A DNA stretch of 64,000 bases from Thermoproteota archaeon (GCA_049700215.1 JBNAVT010000002.1:14711-78710), one strand, 5' to 3'; counted from the first letter of the stretch, positions 9,295 through 19,855 are shown. Made by a program: numbers and translations. The notes: generated by a model from the letters alone, not told the origin.

Positions 9295-9916
9295 AGATAT
9301 TTACAGGGCTGGCGGGTTCAAAACCGGGGATTTTAAGCTGACTTCAGGAGGGTTAAGCCCCTACTACGTGGACCTGAGGACTCTTGTTTCTAAGCCGAGG
9401 CTTTTCGAAAGGCTCGTCGACTCCTACATCAGCAGGATGAGGATGATTGGCGAGGGTTTTGACGTTGTGGCGGGTGTTGAAACCGCTGGCATACCCATCG
9501 CCACCCTGATATCCTTCAAGACCGGTATGCCCATGGTTTACGTCAGGAGTGGTGAAAGAGGACACGGGACTAGGAGGCTGGTGGAGGGGGAGCTTGAAGC
9601 AGGGAGCAGGGTTGTTATTGTCGACGATGTTTTAACAACAGGCGGGAGTATTCTGAGTGCTGCCAAGGGTTTAAGCGCTTCAGGGGGAAGAGTAGTCTAC
9701 GCGCTGGTCTTCCTAGACAGGCTTCAGAACGGTGTTAGAAGGCTGAGGGAAGCAGGGGTTACGGCTTACTCCGTGATAAAGATAGACGGGTTTCTCAGAA
9801 TACTTCTAGAGGACAAGCTTATATCCGAGCTGGAATACGATAGGATAATGAGATATTTGGAGGGTTTTCGAATTGTGGAGAAACAGGGATCTGATCGACT
9901 TAACCGAGTTCACTAG
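9263..9916 (+). CDS. pyrE: Orotate phosphoribosyltransferase
   Basis: GDFKLTSGGLSPYYVDLR; VVIVDDVLTTGGS PRPP motif. Confidence 0.95.
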   Translation: MEESLVKELVKDIYRAGGFKTGDFKLTSGGLSPYYVDLRTLVSKPRLFERLVDSYISRMRMIGEGFDVVAGVETAGIPIATLISFKTGMPMVYVRSGERGHGTRRLVEGELEAGSRVVIVDDVLTTGGSILSAAKGLSASGGRVVYALVFLDRLQNGVRRLREAGVTAYSVIKIDGFLRILLEDKLISELEYDRIMRYLEGFRIVEKQGSDRLNRVH

Positions 9917-10817
9917 GAGAGATGTGGAAACCCTGTTCAGGCAGGCGGACATCTTCCTAGAGGCTAGGCTTGCGCCGACGAAGATGCTTGAAGGCAAGAT
10001 TATGGCGGCAGCCTTCTTCGAGCCGAGTACGAGAACCAGGCTGAGCTTCGAGTCAGCGGTGCATAGGCTCGGGGGGTCCGTGATAGGGTTCTCCTCCGCC
10101 GAGGGCACATCTGTTGAGAAGGGTGAGAGCATTGAGGATACTATTAGAATGCTTGACAACTATAGTGACGTTATAGTTGTGAGGCATCGCGAAGACAGTG
10201 TAATGCGGAGGCTTGCTCAGCTTGCTAAAAACCCTTTGATAAATGCTGGCGAGGGGCAGAGCCGCCACCCGACACAGGCGCTAATCGACCTCTACACTAT
10301 TTTCAAGGAGAAGGGTACGCTGGAGGGGTTGAATTACGGTGTCATGGGCGATGTGAAGCATGCTAGGGCTGCTAAGGACTTCATAAGGGGTTTAAGCCTG
10401 TTCGGAGTCAGGGAGGTTAGCCTGATAACGCCGAGGGAGCTAATGCCCGAGGAGGTTTTCGTTAACGACGTTAATAGGAGGGGTGTTAGGCTTAACCATT
10501 ACGAGAGGGTTGAGGATGTTATAGGGGTGCTGGATGTTCTTTACGTCGTTAGGCTTCAGGTTGAGAGGTTTAGAGATATGAGTGAGGCTGAGGCGTTAAG
10601 GGGAAGCTACTCCATAAGCTTGAAAACGCTTGAACGGGCGAAGCGGGAGCTGCGTATTCTCCACCCTCTTCCAAGGGTATGGGAGCTTTCAAGCGAGATC
10701 GATAACACGCCCCACGCCGCGTATTTTAAACAGGTTTACTACAGCATACCCGTGAGAATGGCTGTCCTGAGCCTGATACTCACAGACATGGAAAGGGTTC
10801 AAGAGGGCTTGGTATAG
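9873..10817 (+). CDS. pyrB: Aspartate carbamoyltransferase catalytic subunit
   Basis: FFEPSTRTRLSFE; KGESIEDT; INAGEG...HPTQAL; LHPLPR. Confidence 0.96.
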   Translation: MWRNRDLIDLTEFTRRDVETLFRQADIFLEARLAPTKMLEGKIMAAAFFEPSTRTRLSFESAVHRLGGSVIGFSSAEGTSVEKGESIEDTIRMLDNYSDVIVVRHREDSVMRRLAQLAKNPLINAGEGQSRHPTQALIDLYTIFKEKGTLEGLNYGVMGDVKHARAAKDFIRGLSLFGVREVSLITPRELMPEEVFVNDVNRRGVRLNHYERVEDVIGVLDVLYVVRLQVERFRDMSEAEALRGSYSISLKTLERAKRELRILHPLPRVWELSSEIDNTPHAAYFKQVYYSIPVRMAVLSLILTDMERVQEGLV

Positions 10818-10822
10818 AGGCC

Positions 10823-11632
10823 ATGAAAGCCTCCCATTATTATTTAGAGGCCGACGTTGTTTCCAACATTAGTGAGACGAGCAGGGTTAATACGCTGGTC
10901 CTCAGGCTTAGCGAAGACCTTAAAATAGAGCCGGGACAGTTTCTAATGGTTTGGAGGCCAGGAGACGGAGAAATACCGATAACGCCTTCCTTCGCAGAGG
11001 GGGAGACACTCTGCCTGACGATAGAGAGGGTGGGCTTCACTTCGAACAGGCTAGCTTCGCTCAAACCCGGTGAGAAAGTGTTCCTGAGGGGACCATATGG
11101 AAATGGCTTCAACCTCAGCCACGCTGGGAGTTACGTGTTGATAGGAGGGGGAACTGGTGCAGCATCACTGGCACCCGCCTATCTTCGGCTTGCTGAGAAG
11201 AGTGTTGAAACGGTTTTCCTAGTCGGAGCCAGGAGCAGGGAGAACCTGGTCTATGTGCGCAGGCTGAGGGAGCTTGGAGTAAGGTTTCAGGTGGCGACCG
11301 ACGACGGGAGTGAGGGGTTCAAGGGAACCTTGCCAGAGTTTTTCGAGGAAGCTGCTTCGAGAAACCGTTTCGAAAACGCTCTTACGATCGGGCCTGAGAG
11401 AATGATGTTTAAAATAGCTGAGATGTGCGTTAAACGTGGCATTGCTTGCCAGGTTTCCCTGGTTAGGATTGTCAAGTGCGGGCTAGGTATATGCGGGTCC
11501 TGTGTGCTCGACCCAATGGGGTTAAGGGTCTGCGTAGACGGGCCGGTTTTTCACGGGGAGAAAATACTAGAGTCGGATTTTGGAAGATACATGAGGGATG
11601 AGGCAGGCAGGAGGATTGAAATAGTCCTGTGA
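10823..11632 (+). CDS. pyrK: Dihydroorotate dehydrogenase electron-transfer subunit
   Basis: PGQFLMVW; RGPYGNGF; GGGTG; CGLGICGSC...VCVDGPVF 2Fe-2S motif. Confidence 0.93.
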   Translation: MKASHYYLEADVVSNISETSRVNTLVLRLSEDLKIEPGQFLMVWRPGDGEIPITPSFAEGETLCLTIERVGFTSNRLASLKPGEKVFLRGPYGNGFNLSHAGSYVLIGGGTGAASLAPAYLRLAEKSVETVFLVGARSRENLVYVRRLRELGVRFQVATDDGSEGFKGTLPEFFEEAASRNRFENALTIGPERMMFKIAEMCVKRGIACQVSLVRIVKCGLGICGSCVLDPMGLRVCVDGPVFHGEKILESDFGRYMRDEAGRRIEIVL

Positions 11633-12939
11633 CACACTTAGATAAGGTTCTGACTGGAAGAATATATTATGAGGGCGAATTACTCGAGGGATGCGTGGGC
11701 GTGGGCGATGGGGAAATACTATTCATCGGAAAGGAGGCTAATGCTCCATCGTATGATGAGAAGGTTGATCTGGGAAGACTAGTTATAGTTCCCGGCTTGA
11801 TAGATATTCACGCCCATCTCAGAGATATGGGGCTCAAGCATAAAGAGGACTTTTCGACGGGGACATGCGCCGCGGCCGCAGGAGGGTTTACCCTTGTGAT
11901 GGACATGCCTAACACTGACCCTCCTACTAACAGCTACCTTAGGATGATGGAGAAGATTGAGGAGGCTAGCGGTAAAATAGTTGTCGACGTGGGGTTCTAC
12001 TTCGGCAAGCCGGACAGCAGGAGGGAGCTTGAAAGGCTTCTGAAGACTGTTGCAATAGGGATAAAGCTCTATCCTGAGGATTATTATGGGGCAAGCCGGG
12101 GTGAATTACCCGGAATGTTGAAGACTGTTGCGGAATCCGGGAGGAAAATAGTCTTCCATCCCGAGGATCTTTCAATAGTGCGGGAAAACAGGGGTAAATA
12201 CCCTCGAGACTTGAAGGGTGTTGAGAAGCATGGCTTCATAAGACCCTTGGACGCTGAGCTTTCAGCCCTAGATCTCTTCAGAAAGCTTTCTGAAACCGGT
12301 TCCCACGCGGCTCATTTAACAACCGTCAGGAGCATTAGGAAGGCTAGGGAGAACGGTTTCACTTTCGACGTGAGCGTAAACCATTTGGCTCTAACCGATG
12401 GAGACTTGTCCTCCATGGGGGGCGTATGTAAAGTGAACCCTCCCTTGAGAAGCAGCGAGGAGAGAAGCATGCTGGTAGAGAGCCTTAACAAGGGGGAGGT
12501 TCCCATAATAGTTACAGACCATGCTCCGCACACTGTTGAGGAGAAGGGCGCAACGCTTTACGACGAGGTTCCCTCAGGTATACCAGGGTTTGAAACAGCG
12601 TTCGCGGTGCTTTTAGACATGGTTAACAGGAGGGTTTTGAATATTCACAGGGTTTTAGAAGCTTTAACCAGGGGGCCCGCCGGATTCCTGGGGAACGATA
12701 AGCTGGGGAGCCTGGCTAAGGGGAATGTTGCAAACCTAACGGTTTTCGACCCTAAGGAGGAATGGAGGGTTAATCCCGAGGATTTCTACACTAAGGCTAA
12801 GCACTCGCCCTTTAAAAACAGGGTTCTAAAGGGAAGGGTTAAGGCAGTGTTGGTTAGGGGTGAGTTTGTCTTCCGGGACGGTGATATAGTGGTGCCGAAG
12901 GGCTATGGAAAAATATACGGGTTTAAAACAGAAAAATAA
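11629..12939 (+). CDS. pyrC: Dihydroorotase
   Basis: PGLIDIHAHLRD; AAAGGFT..DMPNT; KVNPPLR; TDHAPH. Confidence 0.93.
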   Translation: MTHLDKVLTGRIYYEGELLEGCVGVGDGEILFIGKEANAPSYDEKVDLGRLVIVPGLIDIHAHLRDMGLKHKEDFSTGTCAAAAGGFTLVMDMPNTDPPTNSYLRMMEKIEEASGKIVVDVGFYFGKPDSRRELERLLKTVAIGIKLYPEDYYGASRGELPGMLKTVAESGRKIVFHPEDLSIVRENRGKYPRDLKGVEKHGFIRPLDAELSALDLFRKLSETGSHAAHLTTVRSIRKARENGFTFDVSVNHLALTDGDLSSMGGVCKVNPPLRSSEERSMLVESLNKGEVPIIVTDHAPHTVEEKGATLYDEVPSGIPGFETAFAVLLDMVNRRVLNIHRVLEALTRGPAGFLGNDKLGSLAKGNVANLTVFDPKEEWRVNPEDFYTKAKHSPFKNRVLKGRVKAVLVRGEFVFRDGDIVVPKGYGKIYGFKTEK

Positions 12940-13096
12940 GTCTTTAAACAATACTCTTTCTCCTAGCGTGCGCTTCTGAATAACGACCCTTCTCCATTTT
13001 CAAGACCAGCGTGTGCCCAGCTAGCGTGCGTGCGGATACCGCCCGTCCCGCCGAAGTGCCGATAACAGCCGGCTCGCTAACCATGCCGGCAGCGCG

Positions 13097-13945
13097 CGCT
13101 TCGGAATGTCAGCTTTAGAATTAATAAAGAGGTTTCAGCATTGATAGTCCCAACGGTTCCGGTAAAAGCACAGTAATCAAGATCATCCTAGGGCTGATCA
13201 AGGCAGACAGCGGGTTTGCAAGAGTGTTTGGACACGATGCTTGGACTGAGGGGGAAATAGTTAGGAGCAGGATAAGTGTTCTACATGAGAAACCAGAGTT
13301 CCCCTGCTGAGCAACCGGGTACCAGTTAGTGAAAATGGTAGCTGGGCTCAAAGGGATTAAGGACCCGAGAAAAGAATCCGAGAGTATGCTAAGGAAATTC
13401 GGTCTTGCGGATGTGATGCACAGGAGAATAGGCACGTATTCCGCTGGAATGGTGCAACGCTTGGGCCAAACCCAAGCGTTCGCGGGCAGCCCCGAGCTGA
13501 TAATCCTAGACGAGCCCACCAGCAACCTGGATCCGGATGGAAGAATAGAAGTCCTAGATCTTATACGGGAGACTCATGGGCAGGAGGGTCGTCTCTCCTG
13601 TTATCCGGCCACATCCTCCCCGAGCTTCGGAAAGTGTGTAAGCATCTTGTGATAATGGACTCGGGCTACGTCTTGGAAGATGGTGGGCTTGACGGATTAG
13701 TGTCGAAGTATTTCCTCTGGTCTAGAAGAATCAGGTGTGCTGATAAGGAAAGGAGGGAACGGCTATTCGAAATGCTGGAGGGGGCTAGTGAGATCATTGC
13801 TGGCGTGGAGTCCGTTACAGTCCGGTCGCCGAGCGGGGAGTGGCTAAGGGAGAGGATGGACCGAATCGTCTCCACGGGTATTGTAAGGCCTTCAGATGTA
13901 GAAGAAACAGGCATCTTTTGGAAGAGCTTTACCAGAAAGTCTTAA
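13097..13945 (+). pseudogene. ABC-2-type transporter ATP-binding subunit, 5'-truncated and multiply disrupted
   Basis: ALRNVSFRINKE.../PNGSGKST Walker A; TGA at 13308; YSAGMVQRL, LIILDEPTSNLD; several frameshifts; starts at the palindrome 13091. Confidence 0.8.
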
Positions 13946-14449
13946 AGAATAAGATGGGTTAAAGGAGGAGAACTGCACAAGATTTTCATTTGTCAATAAA
14001 ATCTCTGGGAATGGTTAGCTCTGCTATCCCTAGCTTTCTCTGAAAGCGTCGGGTGAAGAACACTAGGCGCGCGCTACAACGGAAAGTTCTCCAGTAAATT
14101 TTTTAACTATGGTGGAATGCTGGTCGAATCTTGCTTGAATCTTTAGTGTCGGTTAGAGGGTAATGTTTCCAATTATGTTGAAGTACTGTTGGCTTCGAGG
14201 GTTAAAGAAGTTCTCAAGATCCTCTAGAAGTATTGCGAAAGGAGTTTAGCGTGCATCTTATTTTATAGCGCGCGCTTGATGATTAGGATTCTCATAGAAG
14301 GATTTTCCGACCGCGACTTCACAAACCCCCATCAAGCTTCTCTCGGCCAGAGCCTTGGACAGGGCATTGAGCTTAATGAGCACAGCAACGGGGATTCTGT
14401 GCTTAACGTTCTTGAAGTCCTTCCACTCCTCATCTATAAAGTACTTCCC

Positions 14450-14547
14450 GAAGGACGTGCAACAGCCAGAGCCTCGACACTCACATAACCGGCTTCCCTC
14501 AGCCTCCTCGCCGTCACCGGCCCAACGTCTTTAACATCTCCAACCAA
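14450..14547 (-). pseudogene. Helix-hairpin-helix fragment resembling the RadA/Rad51 N-terminal domain
   Basis: LVGDVKDVGPVTARRLREAGYVSVEALAVARP; no ATPase domain follows. Confidence 0.55.
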
Positions 14548-14784
14548 GCTTTCTCTACGATGTTTTAAACACGGAGGTAGTAAACTTTTGAGGAGGAGGT
14601 TTGGGTGAAAGCGGGCAGCAGGAGGAGGGTTGGTTTACTTGGTGATAACGCCCTCTTCAACCGCTGTGGCTACTGTAATCATGGTGGCGTTGCTGAATCG
14701 CCTCGTCCAGCGCGCGTGCCAACTAGTCTTGAAGCCGCGTCCTCGGCAAGATTAATAAAGTTTTGAAGTGTTTGAACGAGCGGT

Positions 14785-15723
14785 ATGCGTATGGATATGG
14801 AAGTGGAGATTGCGGGCCTGGTTCTCAGGTCGCCGTTGATGGTGGCTTCCGGCGTGTTAGGGTCCTCCGTTAGCATGATTAGGGCTGTTTCAACGATTCC
14901 AAGCGTGGGAGCGGTGGTTACGAAAACCGTTACGCACAGCCCGAGAAGGGGCTACGAGAACCCTACTGTCGTTGACCTGGGTTATGGTTTTCTGAACGCG
15001 ATGGGCCTGCCTAACCCGGGTTACTCAGACTATAGGGTTGAGCTGGAACCGATTAGGAGGGATTTAGAAATACCATTGATAGTAAGCATCGGCCCCTCGA
15101 ATGAGGAGGAGGCGGAGGAGATGGCTAAAGAGTTGGACAGTGTTTCCGACGGTTTTGAAGTAAACCTTTCATGCCCGCACGTGGAGAAACTCGGGTTGGA
15201 AGTAGGTTCTGACGTGTCGAGGGTTAGGAGTATTGTTAAGGCTGTCAGAGGGTCCACTGGGAAACCGGTTCTAGTTAAGATAAGCCCCAACGTTACTGAT
15301 TTCATCGAGCTTGCGAGAAGCGCTGTTGAAGCGGGCGCGGACGCGGTGACCGCGATAAACACGGTGAGGGGGATGGCTATAGACGTGAACGCTATGAAGC
15401 CTGTTCTCGCAAACCTTTACGGGGGGCTCTCGGGGAAGGCTATACACCCGGTGGCGGTGAGAATAGTCTTCGAGCTCTACGAGAAGATTAAAACACCCAT
15501 AGTTGGATGCGGCGGGGTCTATGACTGGAAGGATGCTGTCGAGCTTATTCTAGCCGGCGCCACGGCAGTACAGGTTGGGTCAGCCATAGGGCACAGCCAG
15601 AGGGGGTTGAAAGTGTTCAACGATATAGAGGAGGGGGTGAGGAGGTTCTTAATGTCGAAGGGGTTTAACAGTGTTAAACAGCTTACTGGTCTAGCGCATC
15701 CAGAGCCGAATATCCGCCGCTAA
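14785..15723 (+). CDS. pyrD: Dihydroorotate dehydrogenase catalytic subunit (family 1B)
   Basis: NAMGLPNPG; EVNLSCPH; VKISPN; AINT; GGLSGKAIHP; GATAVQVG. Confidence 0.95.
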   Translation: MRMDMEVEIAGLVLRSPLMVASGVLGSSVSMIRAVSTIPSVGAVVTKTVTHSPRRGYENPTVVDLGYGFLNAMGLPNPGYSDYRVELEPIRRDLEIPLIVSIGPSNEEEAEEMAKELDSVSDGFEVNLSCPHVEKLGLEVGSDVSRVRSIVKAVRGSTGKPVLVKISPNVTDFIELARSAVEAGADAVTAINTVRGMAIDVNAMKPVLANLYGGLSGKAIHPVAVRIVFELYEKIKTPIVGCGGVYDWKDAVELILAGATAVQVGSAIGHSQRGLKVFNDIEEGVRRFLMSKGFNSVKQLTGLAHPEPNIRR

Positions 15724-15781
15724 GGCTTGTCGTCTCCCAATCATTCAGTCTTCTTTTTAAGCGTCGTGAGCCGGTTGGGAC

Positions 15782-16702
15782 TTAAACTGGCTCAAGCCAA
15801 TGGGAGTATTTCTCAGATTCTCCTCTAACTATCCTGTAGAACTCGTCCTGTATCCTTCTAGTGATGGGGCCGGGCTTGCCGTCGCCAATCTTGTAATTAT
15901 CCATCTCAACCACAGGCACCACTTCCGCAGCGGTTCCGCTCATGAAGGCTTCGTCAGCATAGTAGAAATCAACCCTTGTAAGATCCCTTTCAACAACCTT
16001 CAAACCAATGTCTCCAACTATGTGGAACACTGTATCCCTAGTTATTCCTTCAAGTATGCCTGACGAGGTTGACGGAGTATACACTATGCTATTCCTAACC
16101 ATGAAAATGTTTTCTCCACTTCCCTCGGAAACCATTCCGCGTGAATCCAGCATAACCGCCTCGTCATACCCAGCCATCTTGGCTTCAACCTTTGCCAGAA
16201 CACTGTTGATATACTGTCCAGTAGCCTTAACCCCGGCTGGAATAGTGTTCACGTCGATTCTTCTGAAGGACGATGTCTTAACCCTTATGCCGTTTCTAAT
16301 ACCCTCGTCGCCAAGATATGTCCCCCAAGACCATGCTGCCACGGCAACATCCACCGGCGAGTTTAAAGGATACAGGCCCATTTCCCCGTAGCCCCTGAAG
16401 GCTATTGGCCTGACGTACGCGCTTTTGAGACTGTTCTCCCTGACGACGGCTTTGCACGCTTCCCTCAGCTCGTCGAGCGTGAACGGTATCTCCATGAAGT
16501 ATATTTTTGCTGAACGGTAAAACCTTTTTAAATGGTCGGTCAGTCTGAAGACCGCTGTACCATTTCTCGTCTCGTATGCCCTTATGCCTTCGAAGACGCC
16601 GGTGCCGTAATGAAGGCCATGCGTAAGAACATGTATTCTAGCATCCTTCCAGTCGACGAGTCTACCGTTGAACCATATTTTTTCAACTTCTCTTATTGGC
16701 AC
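15782..16702 (-). CDS. ilvE: Branched-chain amino acid aminotransferase
   Basis: HGLHYGTGVFEGIR; KATGQYINS; EGSGENIF; LEGITR; GTAAEV. Confidence 0.95.
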   Translation of the reverse strand: MPIREVEKIWFNGRLVDWKDARIHVLTHGLHYGTGVFEGIRAYETRNGTAVFRLTDHLKRFYRSAKIYFMEIPFTLDELREACKAVVRENSLKSAYVRPIAFRGYGEMGLYPLNSPVDVAVAAWSWGTYLGDEGIRNGIRVKTSSFRRIDVNTIPAGVKATGQYINSVLAKVEAKMAGYDEAVMLDSRGMVSEGSGENIFMVRNSIVYTPSTSSGILEGITRDTVFHIVGDIGLKVVERDLTRVDFYYADEAFMSGTAAEVVPVVEMDNYKIGDGKPGPITRRIQDEFYRIVRGESEKYSHWLEPV

Positions 16703-16775
16703 AGTCCATGCACCGCGCAGTAAACCGGGGCAGGTTGAAAATAAACTTTCCTGAAAAAGCTTTGCGAAAAATATT

Positions 16776-18980
16776 TCACGATACTATTACTTCTTCCCTT
16801 CTACGAAGCACGTGTAAAAGCAGTATTACGATGATTATGCTTCCAACGGACAGCGCTATCGCAATCATGTTCAAACCCGTTTTAAGTGGGGGTGTGCTTC
16901 CACCAGGATTCACCGTAATGGCGACGCCTCTCCCGAAAGTAGGCTGGACTATCGAGTAACTTAATGCTTCACTTTTCTCGCCAAGGCTGCTGGCTATAGA
17001 GTAGTCTACCTTAACCCTGATCTCGGAGCCCTTTGAGAAGAGTAGGTTAAACTCCTGGCCGTTCCAGAGGGTTAGAACATTACCCTCGTCGTAAAACCTG
17101 AAGGGCTCTATGATGATGCTGTTTCCTGAAAGCCGTATTCCAATTTGGTCAAGGTTTGCAACATATCTTGAGCCGTTCAACAAGACTCCCTTGAAGCTCC
17201 CGTTGTAGCTGACCTCAATCCGTCTAACGCCGATCCTGGTTTCATTCGTGAAGAACAGACCGTTTAGCCCTAGAAAATCGTCTTCAACCAATTCAGGCTG
17301 GAAAACAATATTTCCACTGTTTTGAACCTCCGGAGCGAGAAGGCTAGTTCTGGCTTCGCCATACTCTATCAGCCGGAGGATCAGGGACAGCTCGTCGTAA
17401 ACATTCATCAGGGAAGTCATGTTTTCATCCAAACTTTTTTGAATACTCTCTAAGCCTGAGGTGGCTTTTTCAAGCATCGGGATAACGCTGGTAAGGTTGC
17501 TTCCCATCATCATGTTAGCCTCGCCGATGAGCTTCAACGCTGAGCTCATCTCGGCCAGTGCCGAGGACGTTTGAGACAATGCTGAGAGACCTGTTCTTAA
17601 GCCTGAGCTCATCTTCACGATGCTGGAACCATATTCCTCCAGCATGTTTATGAATGATCCTAGGCTTTCGAACAGAGCGTCCAGCTGGGGCCCTGCTGAT
17701 TCAAAATAGCTTTCAACGATGCTTAAACGGCTATAGAGGTTGTTTATCCTCCGGGTAGCGTTTTCCAAGAGGCTTATCTGACTAGGGTCGGTCAAATTGT
17801 TCCTGAGAGTCATTAAAGTATTGTTAATCTCTGAAAGGCCTTGTTCCGCGTCGACTATCATTCTATAAGTCTCGTTCAGTATTAAACCAGCTGACTGTCG
17901 AGAGGAGTTGAGCCCCTGCCTCAGCCTGTTGAAATCCACCCTGGAAACGTTTTCAGCGATCATTGATAACAGTGAAGTTGCTTCAGAAAGTTGAGATGCT
18001 GCCGAGCTGAGTCCGAAGCTTACTGCTTTCAAGGCTTCACTGATCATAACGGTTTGATTACCCGTAATCTCCAGACCGGAGCTCAGGTTGCCAAGCATTT
18101 CCGTCATCAGGCTCGTGAAGCTTGTGAGATTGCTGATGGGCGTCAGAATCATATTCATCATGCGCATGGTCATGTTCAGCTCGTTCAACTGGGAAAGCAT
18201 CGATTTCTTCACAGACTCTCCCATCGGGGAGGATGAGATTGAGATCGTTGTCAACGGGATGGTGCCCCAATCGTCGAACCCTTCTACAACAGCCTCCGCC
18301 CTTATCTCCGCCTCCTCCCTTAGTATGAGCATCCATGAAACCGAATCCTTTTCAAGAGGGCTAGTCATGTTCACAGGAGGATTGTAAACGATTTTCCTGA
18401 AGTATCTCTGAGGAATGTTTATTGTTATTGAGACGAATACTGGAGGCTTCGAGGAGGTGTTTGTTAACGGGTCGAGTAGAAAAGGATTATTGTTCTTAAG
18501 CCTTATCACCCATTCCGCGGAATCACCCTCCCTAGACTTTACGAAGAATACTCCGTATGCTGAAGTATAGTTTGGAACCGCCCCGTTAATCCTTAGGCTT
18601 GCTTCAACCGTTAGTGGAAGCCAAAGTGGCTTACCGCTAACCTCGAAGACCCTTGTGCCAGGATTAGCCTGAACAACCCATTCGATCACGCAGAAGTCTT
18701 CCGAATCCTGTTGGGCACGCGCCTCCGGGGGCAATACTAGGGTTGAAACATCAACCCCGAATAGTCTTTGAGTGAAACGGTACTCGACACTCGACTGGCC
18801 AGTGTTCTTAACCGTCACGGTGGATTTGAATTCAACCGTAGAGTTCCCAGTCAACGGGTTTAGATCCAGTAAATAAGTGAGGCTTTCGCTCACGGAGACC
18901 TGTGTCTCCTCCGGGGAGGCCCTCACCACTGTGGGGAGCATCAGCATCAGGATTAGGAGAACAGCTTGGGCGCGCCTCAT
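16776..18980 (-). CDS. Large secreted, C-terminally membrane-anchored protein with a long coiled-coil core
   Basis: Signal peptide [16 protein letters not shown]; heptad-like Ser/Leu/Met-rich helical middle (~aa 260-535); C-terminal TM helix plus RRR; translationally coupled to the ABC genes. Confidence 0.75.
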   Translation of the reverse strand: MRRAQAVLLILMLMLPTVVRASPEETQVSVSESLTYLLDLNPLTGNSTVEFKSTVTVKNTGQSSVEYRFTQRLFGVDVSTLVLPPEARAQQDSEDFCVIEWVVQANPGTRVFEVSGKPLWLPLTVEASLRINGAVPNYTSAYGVFFVKSREGDSAEWVIRLKNNNPFLLDPLTNTSSKPPVFVSITINIPQRYFRKIVYNPPVNMTSPLEKDSVSWMLILREEAEIRAEAVVEGFDDWGTIPLTTISISSSPMGESVKKSMLSQLNELNMTMRMMNMILTPISNLTSFTSLMTEMLGNLSSGLEITGNQTVMISEALKAVSFGLSSAASQLSEATSLLSMIAENVSRVDFNRLRQGLNSSRQSAGLILNETYRMIVDAEQGLSEINNTLMTLRNNLTDPSQISLLENATRRINNLYSRLSIVESYFESAGPQLDALFESLGSFINMLEEYGSSIVKMSSGLRTGLSALSQTSSALAEMSSALKLIGEANMMMGSNLTSVIPMLEKATSGLESIQKSLDENMTSLMNVYDELSLILRLIEYGEARTSLLAPEVQNSGNIVFQPELVEDDFLGLNGLFFTNETRIGVRRIEVSYNGSFKGVLLNGSRYVANLDQIGIRLSGNSIIIEPFRFYDEGNVLTLWNGQEFNLLFSKGSEIRVKVDYSIASSLGEKSEALSYSIVQPTFGRGVAITVNPGGSTPPLKTGLNMIAIALSVGSIIIVILLLHVLRRREEVIVS

Positions 18981-19855
18981 CGCTTCACTATCAACTCCTT
19001 CTCCTCTATTGATTTTAAGGCTCTTTCAAAGGTTTCCCCCGTTATGACCCTGTTTTTGAAAAGCCTCTCAACATTCTCCCTTTCCAGGTTTAAAAGGTCT
19101 AGTTGAACCTGCTTCTTCAGCTTTATTGACTCATCGTCCATCGGAATGCCTTCCAAGAAGCTTCTGGGCGCCTCCTCAAATACTTGACCATCCTTCATAA
19201 ACAGTATTCTGTTAGTAACCTTAGCCAGCTCCACGTTATGAGTCACGATAATGATAGTGTTTCCAAAACTGTTCAGAAGCTTAAAAGTCGCTATTATTTC
19301 CGTGGATGAGGAGACGTCTAGATTACCCGTAGGCTCGTCCGCAAGTATGTATGCAGGATTATTCGCCAGGGCTCTGGCGATAGCGACTTTCTGCTGCTGG
19401 CCTCCGCTAAGCCTGCTCGGAGGGTTCCTCATCCTGTCTTCAGGGAAGCCAACCAGCTTCAACAGGTAAGTAGCCTTCAGCCTAGCCTCTTTGAAAGTAT
19501 ATCTTTTCGAGAGTAGCATGGGGAGCATCACGTTCTCCATGGCTGAAAGGTTTCTGAGAAGGTTGAAGAACTGGAAGACGAAGCCTATCTTGTTTTTCCT
19601 GAAGACGGATAGCGCGTTCTCACTAAGCTTAGTCACGTCAACACCGTCAACCATAACCCTTCCTGAAGTAGGCTTGTCCAGGGTTCCAGCTATGTGGAGC
19701 AGCGTAGACTTCCCTGAGCCAGAGGGGCCGACGATGGACACGAAATCTCCCCTCTGGATCGTGAGGGAAACGTTTCTTAAAGCCTTCACCTCTATGTCTC
19801 TACCCATAACGTAGGTTTTCGAAACATCTATGCATTCTAAGGCTGGCCTACTCAT
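18977..19855 (-). CDS. ABC transporter ATP-binding protein (LolD/MacB type)
   Basis: GPSGSGKST; [15 protein letters not shown]; [11 protein letters not shown]; VTHN. Confidence 0.93.
   Translation of the reverse strand: MSRPALECIDVSKTYVMGRDIEVKALRNVSLTIQRGDFVSIVGPSGSGKSTLLHIAGTLDKPTSGRVMVDGVDVTKLSENALSVFRKNKIGFVFQFFNLLRNLSAMENVMLPMLLSKRYTFKEARLKATYLLKLVGFPEDRMRNPPSRLSGGQQQKVAIARALANNPAYILADEPTGNLDVSSSTEIIATFKLLNSFGNTIIIVTHNVELAKVTNRILFMKDGQVFEEAPRSFLEGIPMDDESIKLKKQVQLDLLNLERENVERLFKNRVITGETFERALKSIEEKELIVKR

Larger units (their letters stand above)
12964..14719. repeat. Cluster of TAGCGCGCGCTA-type palindromes between pyrC and pyrD (8 copies)
   Basis: Copies at 12964, 13008 (weak), 13022, 13091, 14064, 14247 (weak), 14266, 14709. 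Confidence 0.8.

Noticed and set aside
13038-13047. ACCGCCCGTC match to a conserved 16S rRNA segment
   Set aside because: Only ~10 nt, and the flanks do not continue as rRNA.
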